A stretch of DNA of 43,372 nucleotides from Vitrella brassicaformis CCMP3155 (lineage: Eukaryota; Protista; Chromerida): NCBI GenBank assembly GCA_001179505.1, contig CDMY01000608.1:1-43372 (forward strand), read 5' to 3'. This document shows positions 11,631 to 23,001 of this stretch, piece by piece. A program made the translations under genes and the position numbers. Within the stretch, counting starts at the first letter, position 1. Each line of letters begins with the position of its first letter. The notes beneath the pieces are model-generated. The model had not been told where the DNA came from and searched no databases. It saw only the letters and a program-made list of their open reading frames with translations.

Positions 11631-12673
11631 ATGCATTACATCCGTGTCGTAGCGTGTGTGGCATCGCTATCGGCTTTCCTTTCTTAGCAGATTTCGTATA
11701 TGGACGTTTCTTCAGGCGCTTTTCCAACGTCAACACAGACCCCATGATCACAACCAGAGTGGAGCGGATGAGATGGCCTCCATGTCCTGTCCAAAGGATG
11801 CCCTGGTTTTGGCTGCCCTCGAAAGCGACGAATTTCGGAGACGATTACAACCTTGACCTTGGTGCCGCACTGCTGCACCGGGCGCCACTTCGTACCTATT
11901 CTCCGTCATCCTCGTATTCTAGTGGGTTGTGGATGACTTCGGATCGCGAGGTATCTCCCAAGGTGGTGGCCTGTGGGTCGGTGCTTCCTGTGGTGCGCAA
12001 GGGTGACGTGGTGGCTGGTCCCGGGGGATATGCCATGCAAAGGGGGATCAATTTTGACGCCTTGCGTGATCCCAACACAACTATTGCAAGCGTCCGCGGT
12101 CCAGATACCGCCTCCCTTCTGCGCAACCACTCGGTAGATCATTCTGACTTCCTTCCCAATATCGACCCAGGACTGTTGGCGGGGACTTTAGTGTGGCCTC
12201 ATTTACGCAACAAACCACAACGTGGCTCGACGGGCGCTTCAGAGAAACCTCGCCGCGTGTGCTTGATTCCACACGGCAGCGACGTCGCCTTTGAGCGACA
12301 CGCTCGTCGGTTTTGGACCGACATCCACATACTTTCTGTTCATCAACGAGCCTCGAAAATGGCGATTGCTATGGGGGAATGCAATCTGATTTTGTCTACC
12401 TCTCTGCATGGGCTCGTGTTTGCGGACGCCTTTCAAATTCCATCTATTTGGATCCACAGCAAAGGCACATCCCAGAAACCTTTTAAATTCAACGACTACT
12501 TCGCATCTTTGGGACACCCCCGCAACCACTGGGCGCCTAGTATTAAGGCCGCACTGGATATTCCTCAACAATATACTCGCCCTGTATTGAGCGACGTCGT
12601 GTTCGAAGACCTGGCCCGTCATTATCTTGAATCGTTTCCCTTCTCGCGAGTTTGTGGCAAGGAAGTAGAATAG
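11631..12673 (+). CDS. Polysaccharide pyruvyltransferase family (ExoV/GumL-like); 5' end has an apparent 1-nt frameshift or an unidentified upstream exon
   Basis: NFGDD, GSVL, VRGPDT, DPGLL, IPH, STSLHGLVFADAFQIP, FKFNDYF. ATG 11631 encodes MHYIRVVACVASLSAFL, out of frame with the main ORF at the T-run 11680-11682. Confidence 0.8.
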
Positions 12674-13627
12674 TGCCATTTTGTCCTGCGTCTGGTAAAC
12701 TTTCGAGGGCTGGCTCTGTGTTGACGGAGCGCAGAACGATGGTCGCTTGCATGCCGACAGAGCATTGAAGGGTGTATCGTGAACTGATGCGTTCGTGTTT
12801 ACTTCATGGGAAACGAAAGAGAAAACAGCCGGCAACGGCGCTTTTGGTGGATTTTCCGGGTCTTTTCGGCGGTTCGAAGTGCTCCGTACAGATATCGAAA
12901 CGCAGATTTTCAAAAAAGTTGAGACCTAGACCCAAGACCGGGGCTGTATAACCACAAGTAAGGCGCCCAGCAAGCTGAGCGCGGTGCACGACCCCCACAG
13001 TGGATGGGGCGATTGCGCGTTTGACGGAGAATGCGGATGTGTCCAAAACACACGTCGATCACACCATCCATTGCGATGAATTAAGAACACATACAATTGC
13101 ATGCATCTCCTTCTCCCTTTTGTAGCTGTGTGTGTATGTCTCTGTGCGCGGATGTGTCAGGTGGGAACACTAACAGGTGCACAGGTAAGGACAAGACGCA
13201 CAGCACAAATCATGAAGTGGGGGGGAAGCGCGGATTACGAGGGCGACAGACAAACAGCGCAGATCAACAAACAAGTGATTCTCCGCTAAATCGTCTACAA
13301 ATGACCGGTGAGAGAAGAGTGTGCCTTCTTGATGTCGAGCCTATTGGCACGATAGTCGATTGGCCCACGCTCTTGAGGAGCTTGCCCAGAGTCGTGACGA
13401 CAGCAGCCCATCGTGAGACGGCTTCCTTGTCATGTCTTTGTCGTTTGTGTCGATGACGTCGCCGAACTCTGCAGACACAGATGAGAGAGGCGTCGTTGTG
13501 TGGGAGATGTGTGTGTGTGTGTGTGTGCGTGGGTGGGTGGCGTGTGTATACACGTGGTACCTCACCTGATGTCGATCCGCGCTGGCGACCCTGACCACTG
13601 CAGGCCACGGCTTTTTCACCGTCGTTG

Positions 13628-13715
13628 GTGACGGCACACCTGATGCACGTAGAGATCTCATGCAAGCGACACCAGCAACGCACAGCCAGATGGTCGTCAT
13701 GTGGAAGCCACGATG
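13628..13715. repeat. ~88-bp local duplication, copy 1 (partner 14168..14257)
   Basis: GTGACGGCACACCTGATGCACGTAGAGATCTCATGCAAGCGACACC...GTGGAAGCCACGATG is nearly identical at both sites. Confidence 0.9.
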
Positions 13716-14167
13716 CTCCTCTGTTTGCCCTTGTTTACTTGGCTTTGCCATTCTTTGCCATCGGGCAAGCGAGTGGGGCCGTTTACCATAAGCCCTTCTT
13801 AACTTAGAGTGCGCAGCCACTTGAGGGTGTTCTTATCTCCAGGAAGTTACGACCGAAGTCGCCTGATTCTTATGTAATGGTAGGAGAGGAGGGGCAAGGG
13901 TGGATGTATTACCTGCAGCAGACAGGCACGCACAAAGCACCACACGTACGGGATGGATGAAAGCCTTCTTCAGGCCTGCCTACCATTGTCTTTGCTTAGA
14001 CGTATGGTGGTCGTTCGGGCGACAAATCGTGTCTTTTCGACCAGGCAGAGATCGATCGCCTGACTGACCAGCCACACAGACAGACAGCCCGACAGACAGC
14101 CCGACAGACAGACAGCCAAGGAGAGTGAGGGAGGGTGCTGTGTTTATGGATGTGTGTGTGTTCGCGT

Positions 14168-14257
14168 GTGACGGCACGCCTGATGCACGTAGAGATCTCA
14201 TGCAAGCGACACCCGCGACGCACACAGCCAGATGGTCGTTATGTGGAAGCCACGATG
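14168..14257. repeat. ~90-bp local duplication, copy 2; marks the breakpoint truncating the GT25 ORF
   Basis: Matches 13628..13715; the GT25 reading frame runs into it. Confidence 0.88.
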
Positions 14258-14810
14258 TGCCATTCTGCTCGTCATTCACGACCCGTCGCCGGTTGTGTCT
14301 ATGAGGCCTGATATTGTGTGCGCCCAAGAACAGAGCCACCGAGCTATTGGGCCATCGCATCAGAAGCTTGTCGAATTGTGCCTTCCATGTCTCGGCACCG
14401 ACAGGCTCGAAGGGCTTCGCATCGTCTTCAAAAAATATTGCCGTGTCAACGTTATCTTCGATAGCACGATCGACCGCGTGGATACTGCCGGCAAGAATTC
14501 CTAGTCCTCGTCTCGGCGCGCGGAACGTCTTGATTTGCTGCATATCGAGCTCAGGATACGCGGCTGTCCATTCCCTCAAAAAGCGAGAGTAACGTCCGGG
14601 TTCGCCAGCAGCCTCGGGCAGAGTCATCACGTACCCACGACGTATCGCATGTGGCATCCCTTCGGAATCCTCACTTAAGCCACAGCTGTTCGTGAAGTTG
14701 CCGGGTGTCGACAGTCTGAACAGGAAAGGGAAAGAGATCGGCGATGGTAAGACAGAAGGACCTGGTGTCCACTTGATGCCCACATTCACCTCTTTGGAAA
14801 CAAGTGCCAC
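14258..14810 (-). pseudogene. GT25-like glycosyltransferase fragment, 3'-truncated and lacking a signal anchor
   Basis: RGLGILAGSIHAVDRAIEDNVDTAIFFEDDA resembles the GT25 motif G..gc..SH..a.......alIfEDD; followed by LFLG. Confidence 0.55.
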
Positions 14811-15865
14811 GGAAAGGCTGCAAACAGTGCACGGTAATCAAAGTCGACAACTGGAGGCATCGGTCCCATGTCCAATGCTTCTTGGTACGAGGTCGCTGGC
14901 TGAAAAGTGCGATTCGTTGCATAATAGTAATCCTTGTACTTGTGAAGCCGTCCATTCGAGTTTGTCTCCAACATCAGCCGCGAAGGAATCCCAAATGATT
15001 CAGCAATGATCAACCCATGCAGTGACGAGCTCACGACAAACGCGCACCTGACCAGCTCGCTCAGCACTACCTTCCAGTCCTGCATCGGTGTGATCACGTG
15101 ACCGGGATACTCGGATTCATTCAGGCCCCGGCGAATCTCCTTAATTTGAGGGACATAACAAACATCGTATTTGGGTGGCCAGTGAAGTTTGAATTCGGGG
15201 AAAAGACACGGCACGAGCATGCCCGCATCGCCATACACCACAGGCAGAGCCTCCGCATCACCATATCCCTTCTCAAGCAAAAAGCTTCGTGTCTCGGGAC
15301 CTCGAATGGCAAACAGAGTCACGTTGCTTGGGAGTGGTCGTCTCAGCGTCTGTTCGCCCAGCATTCCAATCAACCAGCCGTAATCGCCAGAGCGGACAAA
15401 ATGCAGTACAGAGCCAATGGGAAGTAAACACTTTCCTCCCCGACGGCTTCGCAGGTTTCGCCACGGAAGTTGGAAGCGGCGACCGAGCATTCTCTCCACC
15501 AGAGCCAGCCCAATGTCATCACCGAAGTTCTTTTCGTTGGAGTATGTGCAGACGGCAAAGCCGAGATCAAGTGGGAGGGATATCCATGAGGCATTTGCCA
15601 GTGACTCTTCGAGGCCTGGCACCTGGACACTCTGGCGCACACACCCTGGAATCGGTGCCGAGGATGCTCCTGGGACGCCTTTGTCTGGCGTAGCTTTGGA
15701 ACCCTCACTGAACCTGTTCGTAAAATTGCCGATTGCTGACGATCTGAATAAAAGAGGGAGAGGGACCGGCGATTTGAGATACCACAGCTCCTCCCGAAAA
15801 CACAGTGTCAACAGGACAAGAACCGAAGCAGACAGCAGAGTAAAACAGGAAGACAAAGACAGCAT
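14786..15865 (-). CDS. Polysaccharide pyruvyltransferase family (ExoV/GumL-like) with signal anchor, intronless
   Basis: MLSLSSCFTLLSASVLVLLTLCF anchor; NFGDDIG, IGSVLH, AIRGPETR, YGDAGML, VSSSLHGLIIAESFGIP, KYKDYY. Confidence 0.88.
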   Translation of the reverse strand: MLSLSSCFTLLSASVLVLLTLCFREELWYLKSPVPLPLLFRSSAIGNFTNRFSEGSKATPDKGVPGASSAPIPGCVRQSVQVPGLEESLANASWISLPLDLGFAVCTYSNEKNFGDDIGLALVERMLGRRFQLPWRNLRSRRGGKCLLPIGSVLHFVRSGDYGWLIGMLGEQTLRRPLPSNVTLFAIRGPETRSFLLEKGYGDAEALPVVYGDAGMLVPCLFPEFKLHWPPKYDVCYVPQIKEIRRGLNESEYPGHVITPMQDWKVVLSELVRCAFVVSSSLHGLIIAESFGIPSRLMLETNSNGRLHKYKDYYYATNRTFQPATSYQEALDMGPMPPVVDFDYRALFAAFPWHLFPKR

Positions 15866-16149
15866 CAGCACTGATGATCACTCTACAATCCGCCAGAAGG
15901 CGACCGTTAACGCACAGACTTCCTTCAGCTTTGACTTGATATTTGTGTGAGCGTCTGTGAACTTCAGTGTGAAGCAGCATCTCGACGACCTCTCTCAAAA
16001 AAAAGGCTGCCATTGTTTGGGAATCATTCTAATCCCGTCTTGGAAGTGGCTGAAATTCAGCAATGAGTAGGAATAGCACAGTGCACATGACATCTCGTCT
16101 CAAGCGTGGTGGACGGAAATCAGCATTGAAGATTCGCCCATCCATATAG

Positions 16150-17133
16150 ACCGCTGCCGTCTCTGAGGTGGTCGGCCCCTCCTTCTCCCTCCCCTCTCTC
16201 CAGGACCTTCTCTCGAGACTGCAGGTTCGGCTACAGCAGCGCCTGACCGATCAACTGCACAAGTTCCGCTTCAACGAGCTCTTCAACTCCCGCTCCCCCG
16301 ACAGCAGAGCCCGCGCCCGTCTTCTGAGCTGCCAAGGGCCTCTTTCGTCTGGTTGGCTGTCAGCAATCCCTTCCAGCGATAGCAAGACACTGAACAACTT
16401 CCAGTATCGCCATGCAGTCGCCGGGTGCTCCGGCTTTGCCGTCCCGCACGCAACCGTCTCGCAGCGATGCATCTGCGGCGGGGAGGTGGACAAGTTTGGC
16501 GATCACTTCTACGTGTGTCACATCGGCCGTGAGCGGGTCACGAGACACAGCAATATGCGCAACTTGTTTGTTCGCATCCTGGCTGAGGCATATGTCCCTT
16601 CCAATGTGGAGGTGTCTCTGCGCAGCCTCGGCATCACCCCGCCCGACGACAACCCCAAGAGCTAGCGGATGGGCATCTATTGTGTGATCGACGGCAGTGA
16701 ATACTTGCTCGACGTCACCATCGCCCACCCCTGCCGGCCTGACGACTCCCCCATTCCCTTCCACCGAACAGTCAACCGGCGCACTGCACAGCTTCCGGGT
16801 GGCAAGGCGGCTCAGCTTGCGGAGAAAGACAAGATCGACAAGTAGTACCCGACCGCCCAAGCAGCCGGCTTCCGCTTCGTGCCTCTCGCCGCTGAAAAAT
16901 TCGGCAGGGGGCAGAGAAGACCATAGACTTTCTCAAGATGCTCGCCAAGCGGAAGCCCCGCCACACATCCATTCCCATGGAGGAGGACACAGCTCCCCGA
17001 GAGAGCATCGTCAACCACTGGAGCCAGCTCCTGTCCGTCGAGCTGATGAAGCACAACGCGTTTCAAGTGGCGAGTCGTGCGCAGCTCGCGGCGGCCGCCA
17101 GAGGGCCACGGAGGGCCAGCGCGTTTCCGGAGG
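16150..17133 (+). mobile_element. 5'-truncated, degenerate non-LTR retrotransposon (CRE-like, CCHC plus restriction-like endonuclease), copy 1
   Basis: CICGGEVDKFGDHFYVC...RH zinc knuckle; R-M-(D>G)...LLDVTIAHP; AEKDK..K; FVPLAAE. Premature stop at 16663 and frameshifts. Highly similar to 36125..36998 (minus strand). Confidence 0.88.
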
Positions 17134-17421
17134 ATGTTATGGTGTGCTTGTGATAGCCACTTGGGGGTGGTGCTTCTGCAGTCAGAGAGACATTGGTGTG
17201 AGGCGTGCATTGGTGCACCTGTTGGCCCATCCATGGGGAGTCTCTGGCAGCCCCGTGAGGGAGGCCTTTGCATTGGCCTCGAGAGCATTGCAAATACGGC
17301 CTTTTGTCGTTCTCACCGGATTGACAGCCATGGCTGCAAGACGCACACACACATCAAGGAGCACAGGAGGGTGCATGTTTGTCTGTGGCGTTGGCACGTA
17401 GTGCGAGTATGTCTGTGTGTG

Positions 17422-17542
17422 GTGGGCGACGCCACTGGAGGATGCGCCAGGCGGGCGCCGAGGATGGTGCTGGTATGTTTGTCGCGTGATCATTGAGAGT
17501 AAGTCGATTGAGACAGTTTATTTCATGAGAGACCGACAGACT
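17422..17542 (+). repeat. 121-bp repeat, inverted relative to 23002..23122
   Basis: GTGGGCGACGCCACTGGAGGAT...CATGAGAGACCGACAGACT; 5 mismatches counted against the reverse complement of 23002..23122. Confidence 0.92.
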
Positions 17543-19811
17543 TTTCCTGTCGTTCTGCTATGTGTTAGTCCATCTCCCCCCACATGCACACGAGTGGGCC
17601 GTAACATATACTGCAATGGCAGACACACACGGACGACAGTCGAGTGTATGCACAGACGCGAAAAGCAACCCACGTCACACGACTTCTGAGTGCCTAATAG
17701 GCGGGAAGCCGTGGTTTCGTCGAATAAAGCGGAAAGGGAGGACGATATATTCTCTGCATGTAGGCATGTTTTCTGAATCTTTTCTTGTGGCAGTGCGTTT
17801 CTCGTCTGCGTGACCTGTTGAAATGTGAGAGCTTGCTATCTGAAGTATTACATCGTAATGAGGTGATTTTGCGAGACGATGGCATTCATAAACTATTTAC
17901 CTTGCCCTACGTCAGTCAACACGCTCCACTGGCTCTGTTCCTTTTTTCAGACCACACTTCATATTATACGCACACACGCGCATCAGTGCAACGTCAGTCA
18001 TACCACACGTTCGCGACGCTATCCATGCCCCTTTCACATCCGGATGGTGTGAGATAAGAAAGTGTCGCTTGGGTCAAAGACCCAGGACACATGCACACAC
18101 TCCTTGTCTGCACACGAACTGAAGCGAGGGCACCCACACGGTCAGCCAGACTCCTCCCTGCGATCCAATTGCTGTGATCAACACTATTCCCCCGTCTCCT
18201 CCCCTTCCAAGACGGGAGGAAATACTTACAGAAAATGTAGTTGGAGAGTATCATGCAGGAAGGCACACCGAAAGAAAAAGGGGAACACAGAAATATTTCA
18301 AGACACATCTGCACTTGTAGTGCCACTTAAAGGTCTTTGCCACACTTCGTGTCTCGAACTCCCCATTGACTGTTCTCCTCGTGTGAAACGTAATAGCTGC
18401 GTCGGCTCAGGAGCGCATGTTCTAGGCACGACAAGCAGCGGAAGCTGTCGATGATGTGTCGATAAGACAGGGACGAGATATACACATGTCTCTAAGCGAA
18501 AAGTCAAATCACAAAAGCGAGAGCACACACAGCACCTACCCAACATCCTTCTCTCCAGCACCCGCCCCCTTGCCCCCATTTGACACTTTCCGGCATGACC
18601 CACCTCCACAACTGGAAACTGACCACTGAAAACTGACCGCCACGTGAAATTAAGAGTGAGCTTCGACTGTAAATGAATGGTGATACATGAATGAATAGAA
18701 AGTATGACGAGACAGCTGTGCACCACTCGTACGTGAACATGAAATCTACGATAAAATCTACGTCTTATCTCTGACAATTGTGATGTGCTGAAGCCAAGGT
18801 CCACTGGGCCAGCCTCTGTCTACACGTAGCACAGCGATACAAACGCCACTGCCTGTGTGGGGCTCTCCGAGAGTATTGGTAGGCACGCAGGACACACATA
18901 CGTACAATTCCTGTCTGTACACGAAAAATCAGAGCACAGCCACGACCACCCAGACTTCCTTCCGCGACCAGCCAAGTTTCCCATCTCCTTTACCCTCCGG
19001 TCTGCAGTCTGTAGAAGAAAACACCAGAATGCAACTAGGCCCCAGACAACACGAAGGAAATGGTGGCGAATGTGGTGGGAAAAGGTCACGCAGGCACACA
19101 GAAAGGACAACACATGTATGAGAGAACTTCCAGGCAGTCAGCCACTGGTCTAGTGTAGGGAGCTGGCAATCAATGTCCAAATCGGATGGAGTAAAGAAGA
19201 AGAGAGCACCAAAATCCGGAGGGTTGCGAGGGCTGCAGTCGTGCGTGGCAAGGACAAAAGGGATCGTCGAGCAAACAGAGGTGTAGGAAACGGAAGGGGC
19301 ACAAAAACAAGGACAAGACGACAGCTGCAATAGTGAGACAGCAAGAGAGATGGAAAGTTAGCCTCATCACAATGAGCACAATTAGCCCGAGAGTGTCAAA
19401 ACCAACCATATCCACAGCATCCCAACAAGGCGGGGGTGTGACCCACCATACAGCGTCAGGTCAATTCTGCTTTTTGTGTTTTCGTTGCTTCTTGCCCTTC
19501 ATGTGGTTCGCCTCCGACTGCTCACCACCACGATTAATTTTTGGGGTGTCCCACGGCACATTCCCGTTTTGCTGCAGTTGCCTGCTCTCGCTTCGCGCCA
19601 CCTCTGTGGTGTTGGAGCTGACTGCAGCCAACCGACGACCCTCCGGGCAGCCAAGGTTGTCTGGGTCAGACTGAGAAGGAAATAAAACACGTAATCATCA
19701 TTCCTTTGCATTCACGTAATGATTTGGAATAACTCACGAGGGAAGAACAGAGGAAAAAGGGGCTCGTGTCTTCATCTCGCTTCCTCACGAACGATTGTCC
19801 CCTCACTTTGA

Positions 19812-21470
19812 TCACTCCTTCCGTGTGGCCAATCTTGCCGATCCAAAGGAAGAGATTGCCCCTTGGGTCTTCTTCGAAGCTTTCAAAGTCAAGGCTGCCA
19901 GCAGATCACAGAACGAGTAAGCGAAGCCACAAATGTAACATGAACATGAGACATACCAGCATGACTGAAGATTCACGCTTGGAAAGGGCCCTCCGTTGAT
20001 CTGCAGGTCTTCTGCGAGCTTGCTGTAGAATACAGCAAATCCGTCGAAACCCCTTTCGTCTGTGGTGGCAGGACAGGTGCCTGGCAGGAACGCACAAATA
20101 GACAGTCGATGAAGCCAGGCAGGGACGCGCACACGACCACTGACCAGTACAGCACTCCTGGTTGTTGAAGCCCCAAATGATGGATTTGACAAACTGAAAA
20201 CAGCGACAGGATTGCGTGTGGAAGGACGATGTTTTCAACAGTGTTGCCTTCCTTACCTCTTCAGTGTTGCTTTCTATTTCTGCAGCAAGGATCTGAACGA
20301 TTGGAATCGCACTCTGTTCCTCTGTCACTTCGCTTAGCCTACCTCCCACTGAACGTCGACGACATAATCGCTATGAGGAGGCAGATGCTCCCGAACATCT
20401 TTGAGGATCCCATCTTTTTCCTCCAGGAATGAAAGTCGGTTGACGACAAGATCGGTCAGACCTGGGTTGGAGAACGTTTTTGCCGGAAGATCTTCCGGAT
20501 CGAAGAGGTTGAAAACGTCTAAATGAGATTTCACAGAAAAGTTCACGAAAGCCTTTCCCGCCTGAGAGATCGCTCCTCACCCGTGCCACATATGGTATCA
20601 TCCTCGTCGACTTCACCCGCGACGAACTCCTCACCGGTGACAGTGGTGTCCTTGTCGACGTAGCCTAGACACGTACAAGACAGGATAAAAGACGAACGAA
20701 AGACTGCACACGTATGTACCTAATAGGCGGGGCGCCGTGGTATCGTCGAATCTAATCGTCCTCTCAAATCCACACGATTCTTCCGTCTCGGAATCGCACA
20801 GTGTGACATCGTCACCTGGCTTGCGGGCATTCGTCACACGGGTGGCGAGAAGGTCGTAGAATTGGGCCGAGTCTCTATCAGGATCGCTGAAATCGACCGA
20901 GTCTCTAATAACGGATGGCGGGCACGTCAACTGCGGCGAAAGGGACAGGAACAGACCGTCGTTGAGACGAAAGTAACCAAGTGTAGCTTTCCTTTGTCGT
21001 GTCTTTCCCGTCCGCAGACGGATTCAACAGTTCATCAGTCCTCTACACAAACATAGCGCTACCACAGTCATCACATACGGATATGATGTCTCGTGTCTTA
21101 CAAGTTGATGCTCGCGCGAGGGGCAGTCTGCAGCACGAAAGCTTATACAGCACGTGGCATACATTTCTCAGATTCGGGACACCATGCCTTTACTCTTACT
21201 TGAGAAGAAACACTCGCCATCCAAGGATTGCTTCATGGCAACATCGTCCCTCAAAGTCCGATGGAAACGCCAAACGTCGACGAAACAGCATTCCGCTGCG
21301 GTACACTCCTCTTCCTTCACTTCGTTTCCGGCAAAGGATGAGATGCAAACGCGTGCGGGGTCCTCCTTGTCCGGCCCGAAATCCTCACAGAAGAGAGGAT
21401 GGGCTTGTGTCAGCCGGAACACCACGACGCAGAGGTTAAGGAAAGCGAGGAAACACGCCGCCCGTCCCAT
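19812..21470 (-). CDS. Secreted multi-exon protein with a trefoil(P-type)-like Cys domain and a HYR-like DTTAP segment; 3' end uncertain
   Basis: Signal peptide MGRAACFLAFLNLCVVVFRLTQA; C-E-D-F-G...DPARVC...C....CC...CFFS. Exons 21470..21200, 21127..21102, 20930..20720 and 20664.. join in frame. Paralog of the gene at 42625. Confidence 0.6.
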
Positions 21471-21645
21471 TTTCGAGCTGAAAGCAGAGGTGCTTGTCGA
21501 ACTTTGAAATGTCTATGGAAATCTTTTCTCACAACGCCAAGCGTTTTCCCAACGCCAAGCGTTTTGCCCCAACGCCGAAAACGTTAGTTGGTAGGTAAAT
21601 TGTCACACCCAAATAAGCACAAAAAGACACTTATTCACCCACCTA

Positions 21646-21694
21646 AAACAGGTGAATAAGGAATAGAAACAGGTGAATAAGGAATAGAAACAGG
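21646..21694. repeat. 21-bp tandem repeat (2.3 copies) with an adjacent 10-bp inverted copy at 21630..21639
   Basis: AAACAGGTGAATAAGGAATAG x2 plus AAACAGG; CTTATTCACC pairs with GGTGAATAAG. Confidence 0.85.
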
Positions 21695-22331
21695 ACCGAA
21701 ACGTGTAATATGTGTGAGACATGAACACATGTCACACTCGCACCAGATCGAGGAAAAACATGAAAAGACCCCACGAACAAAAGCAGCAAGGTCCGTTCGC
21801 TTCCTCCTTTCTCTGCTGTCGTTATTCCCCCGTGGGAGAGCGGGCGACACTGCTTCCGTCTGCATCCACGTCTATATGCTTTCATTTCACCACCACCACA
21901 GCCGCTTTCCCACTCCTCGGCCAGATGTATCCGTGTATGACCGGTCATGCTCGAGCCCTCCCAACTCCGTTGAGGTGAGCAAACATCAGACAGAAGACAG
22001 AGACGTTGAGACACATCGAGATACATTTCTCCCTCTCCGGCACTGGCGGCCCTGGGGTACGGCCTTCATACCCGGGGGCAGTGAGTGACAGCAACCTATC
22101 CCATCCCACAGGCCACGTTTAGATACAAGGAGGTGACGAGACAAAGGAAAGTGAGTTGCAAGCAACATGCATTCATTGTCGTGTCTTAGCGTGAGGGGAT
22201 TGTCGGGCTAAAGGCCGATAAAGGTCCGGCAACACCGGGACTGCTGTCACGGCCTCAGAACGGAGTTGAGAACTACAAGAAGGCGGCCCGCAGCCAGCAG
22301 TCGGCGATTTCCTCTTGTGAATGCTCTTGTG

Positions 22332-22781
22332 TCACCTAGTCTGTCCGTTCGTCACATAAGGGAGGTTTTGACTGTGCATCCACCGGCCTGAGTCGCCGAG
22401 GGATGGATGCGTAGTCCATTTGACAAGGCTGTTGCTCTCACTCACGACAATACCCAAATCAACTTCCTCAGTCTTCTCTCCTTCGACACGAAACAGCTCA
22501 CCCACCTCCTCGGGACCATCCAAAACCTTCCTGCCCTCACGAAGGGCGATCGATGTCTCTTCGTTGACGTGGGCAGCCTTGGGCCGAGGACTGAGGTACT
22601 CATACTGGCCCCCGCCGTACGGACGGGTGTCTCCTTCCTGGACGAATCGTTTTCGGTCGTCCAGCCGAAGTTCAAAGGGATTCCGGTCTGATTGAGTTTT
22701 CGCAGTCTTCGATGCACGAACACTCGATTCCGAGGACGGCACAGTCAAAGATGCACTAAACAACACGAGGAAAAGAGCCAT
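22332..22781 (-). CDS. Small putative secreted protein (may splice to further exons)
   Basis: ATG 22781, MALFLVLFSASLTV signal-like N-terminus, coding-like acidic/charged composition. Confidence 0.4.
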   Translation of the reverse strand: MALFLVLFSASLTVPSSESSVRASKTAKTQSDRNPFELRLDDRKRFVQEGDTRPYGGGQYEYLSPRPKAAHVNEETSIALREGRKVLDGPEEVGELFRVEGEKTEEVDLGIVVSESNSLVKWTTHPSLGDSGRWMHSQNLPYVTNGQTR

Positions 22782-23001
22782 CGGGCAGCGGAAAATGCAG
22801 TTTCTCGGTGTGAAGGCGTCGCTGTCTTTGTGGAAACGTGTGAGAGAAACCTCTGCTCTCATATGTCTCTCTCTCTTCTTGTGTCGTCAATGGATGAGTC
22901 ACAATCGAAAATCAGGGAAAACACCGAAAAACCGGTGTGTAATGGAAAACTGGCTGTTGTGGCGGTGTTTGAGATCTTTTTAGCAGTACTGGCAGGCAGA
23001 G

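Noticed and set aside
21530-21694. CRISPR-like array
   Set aside because: Repeats are directly tandem, with no unique spacers, only 2-3 copies, in eukaryotic context and with no cas genes.
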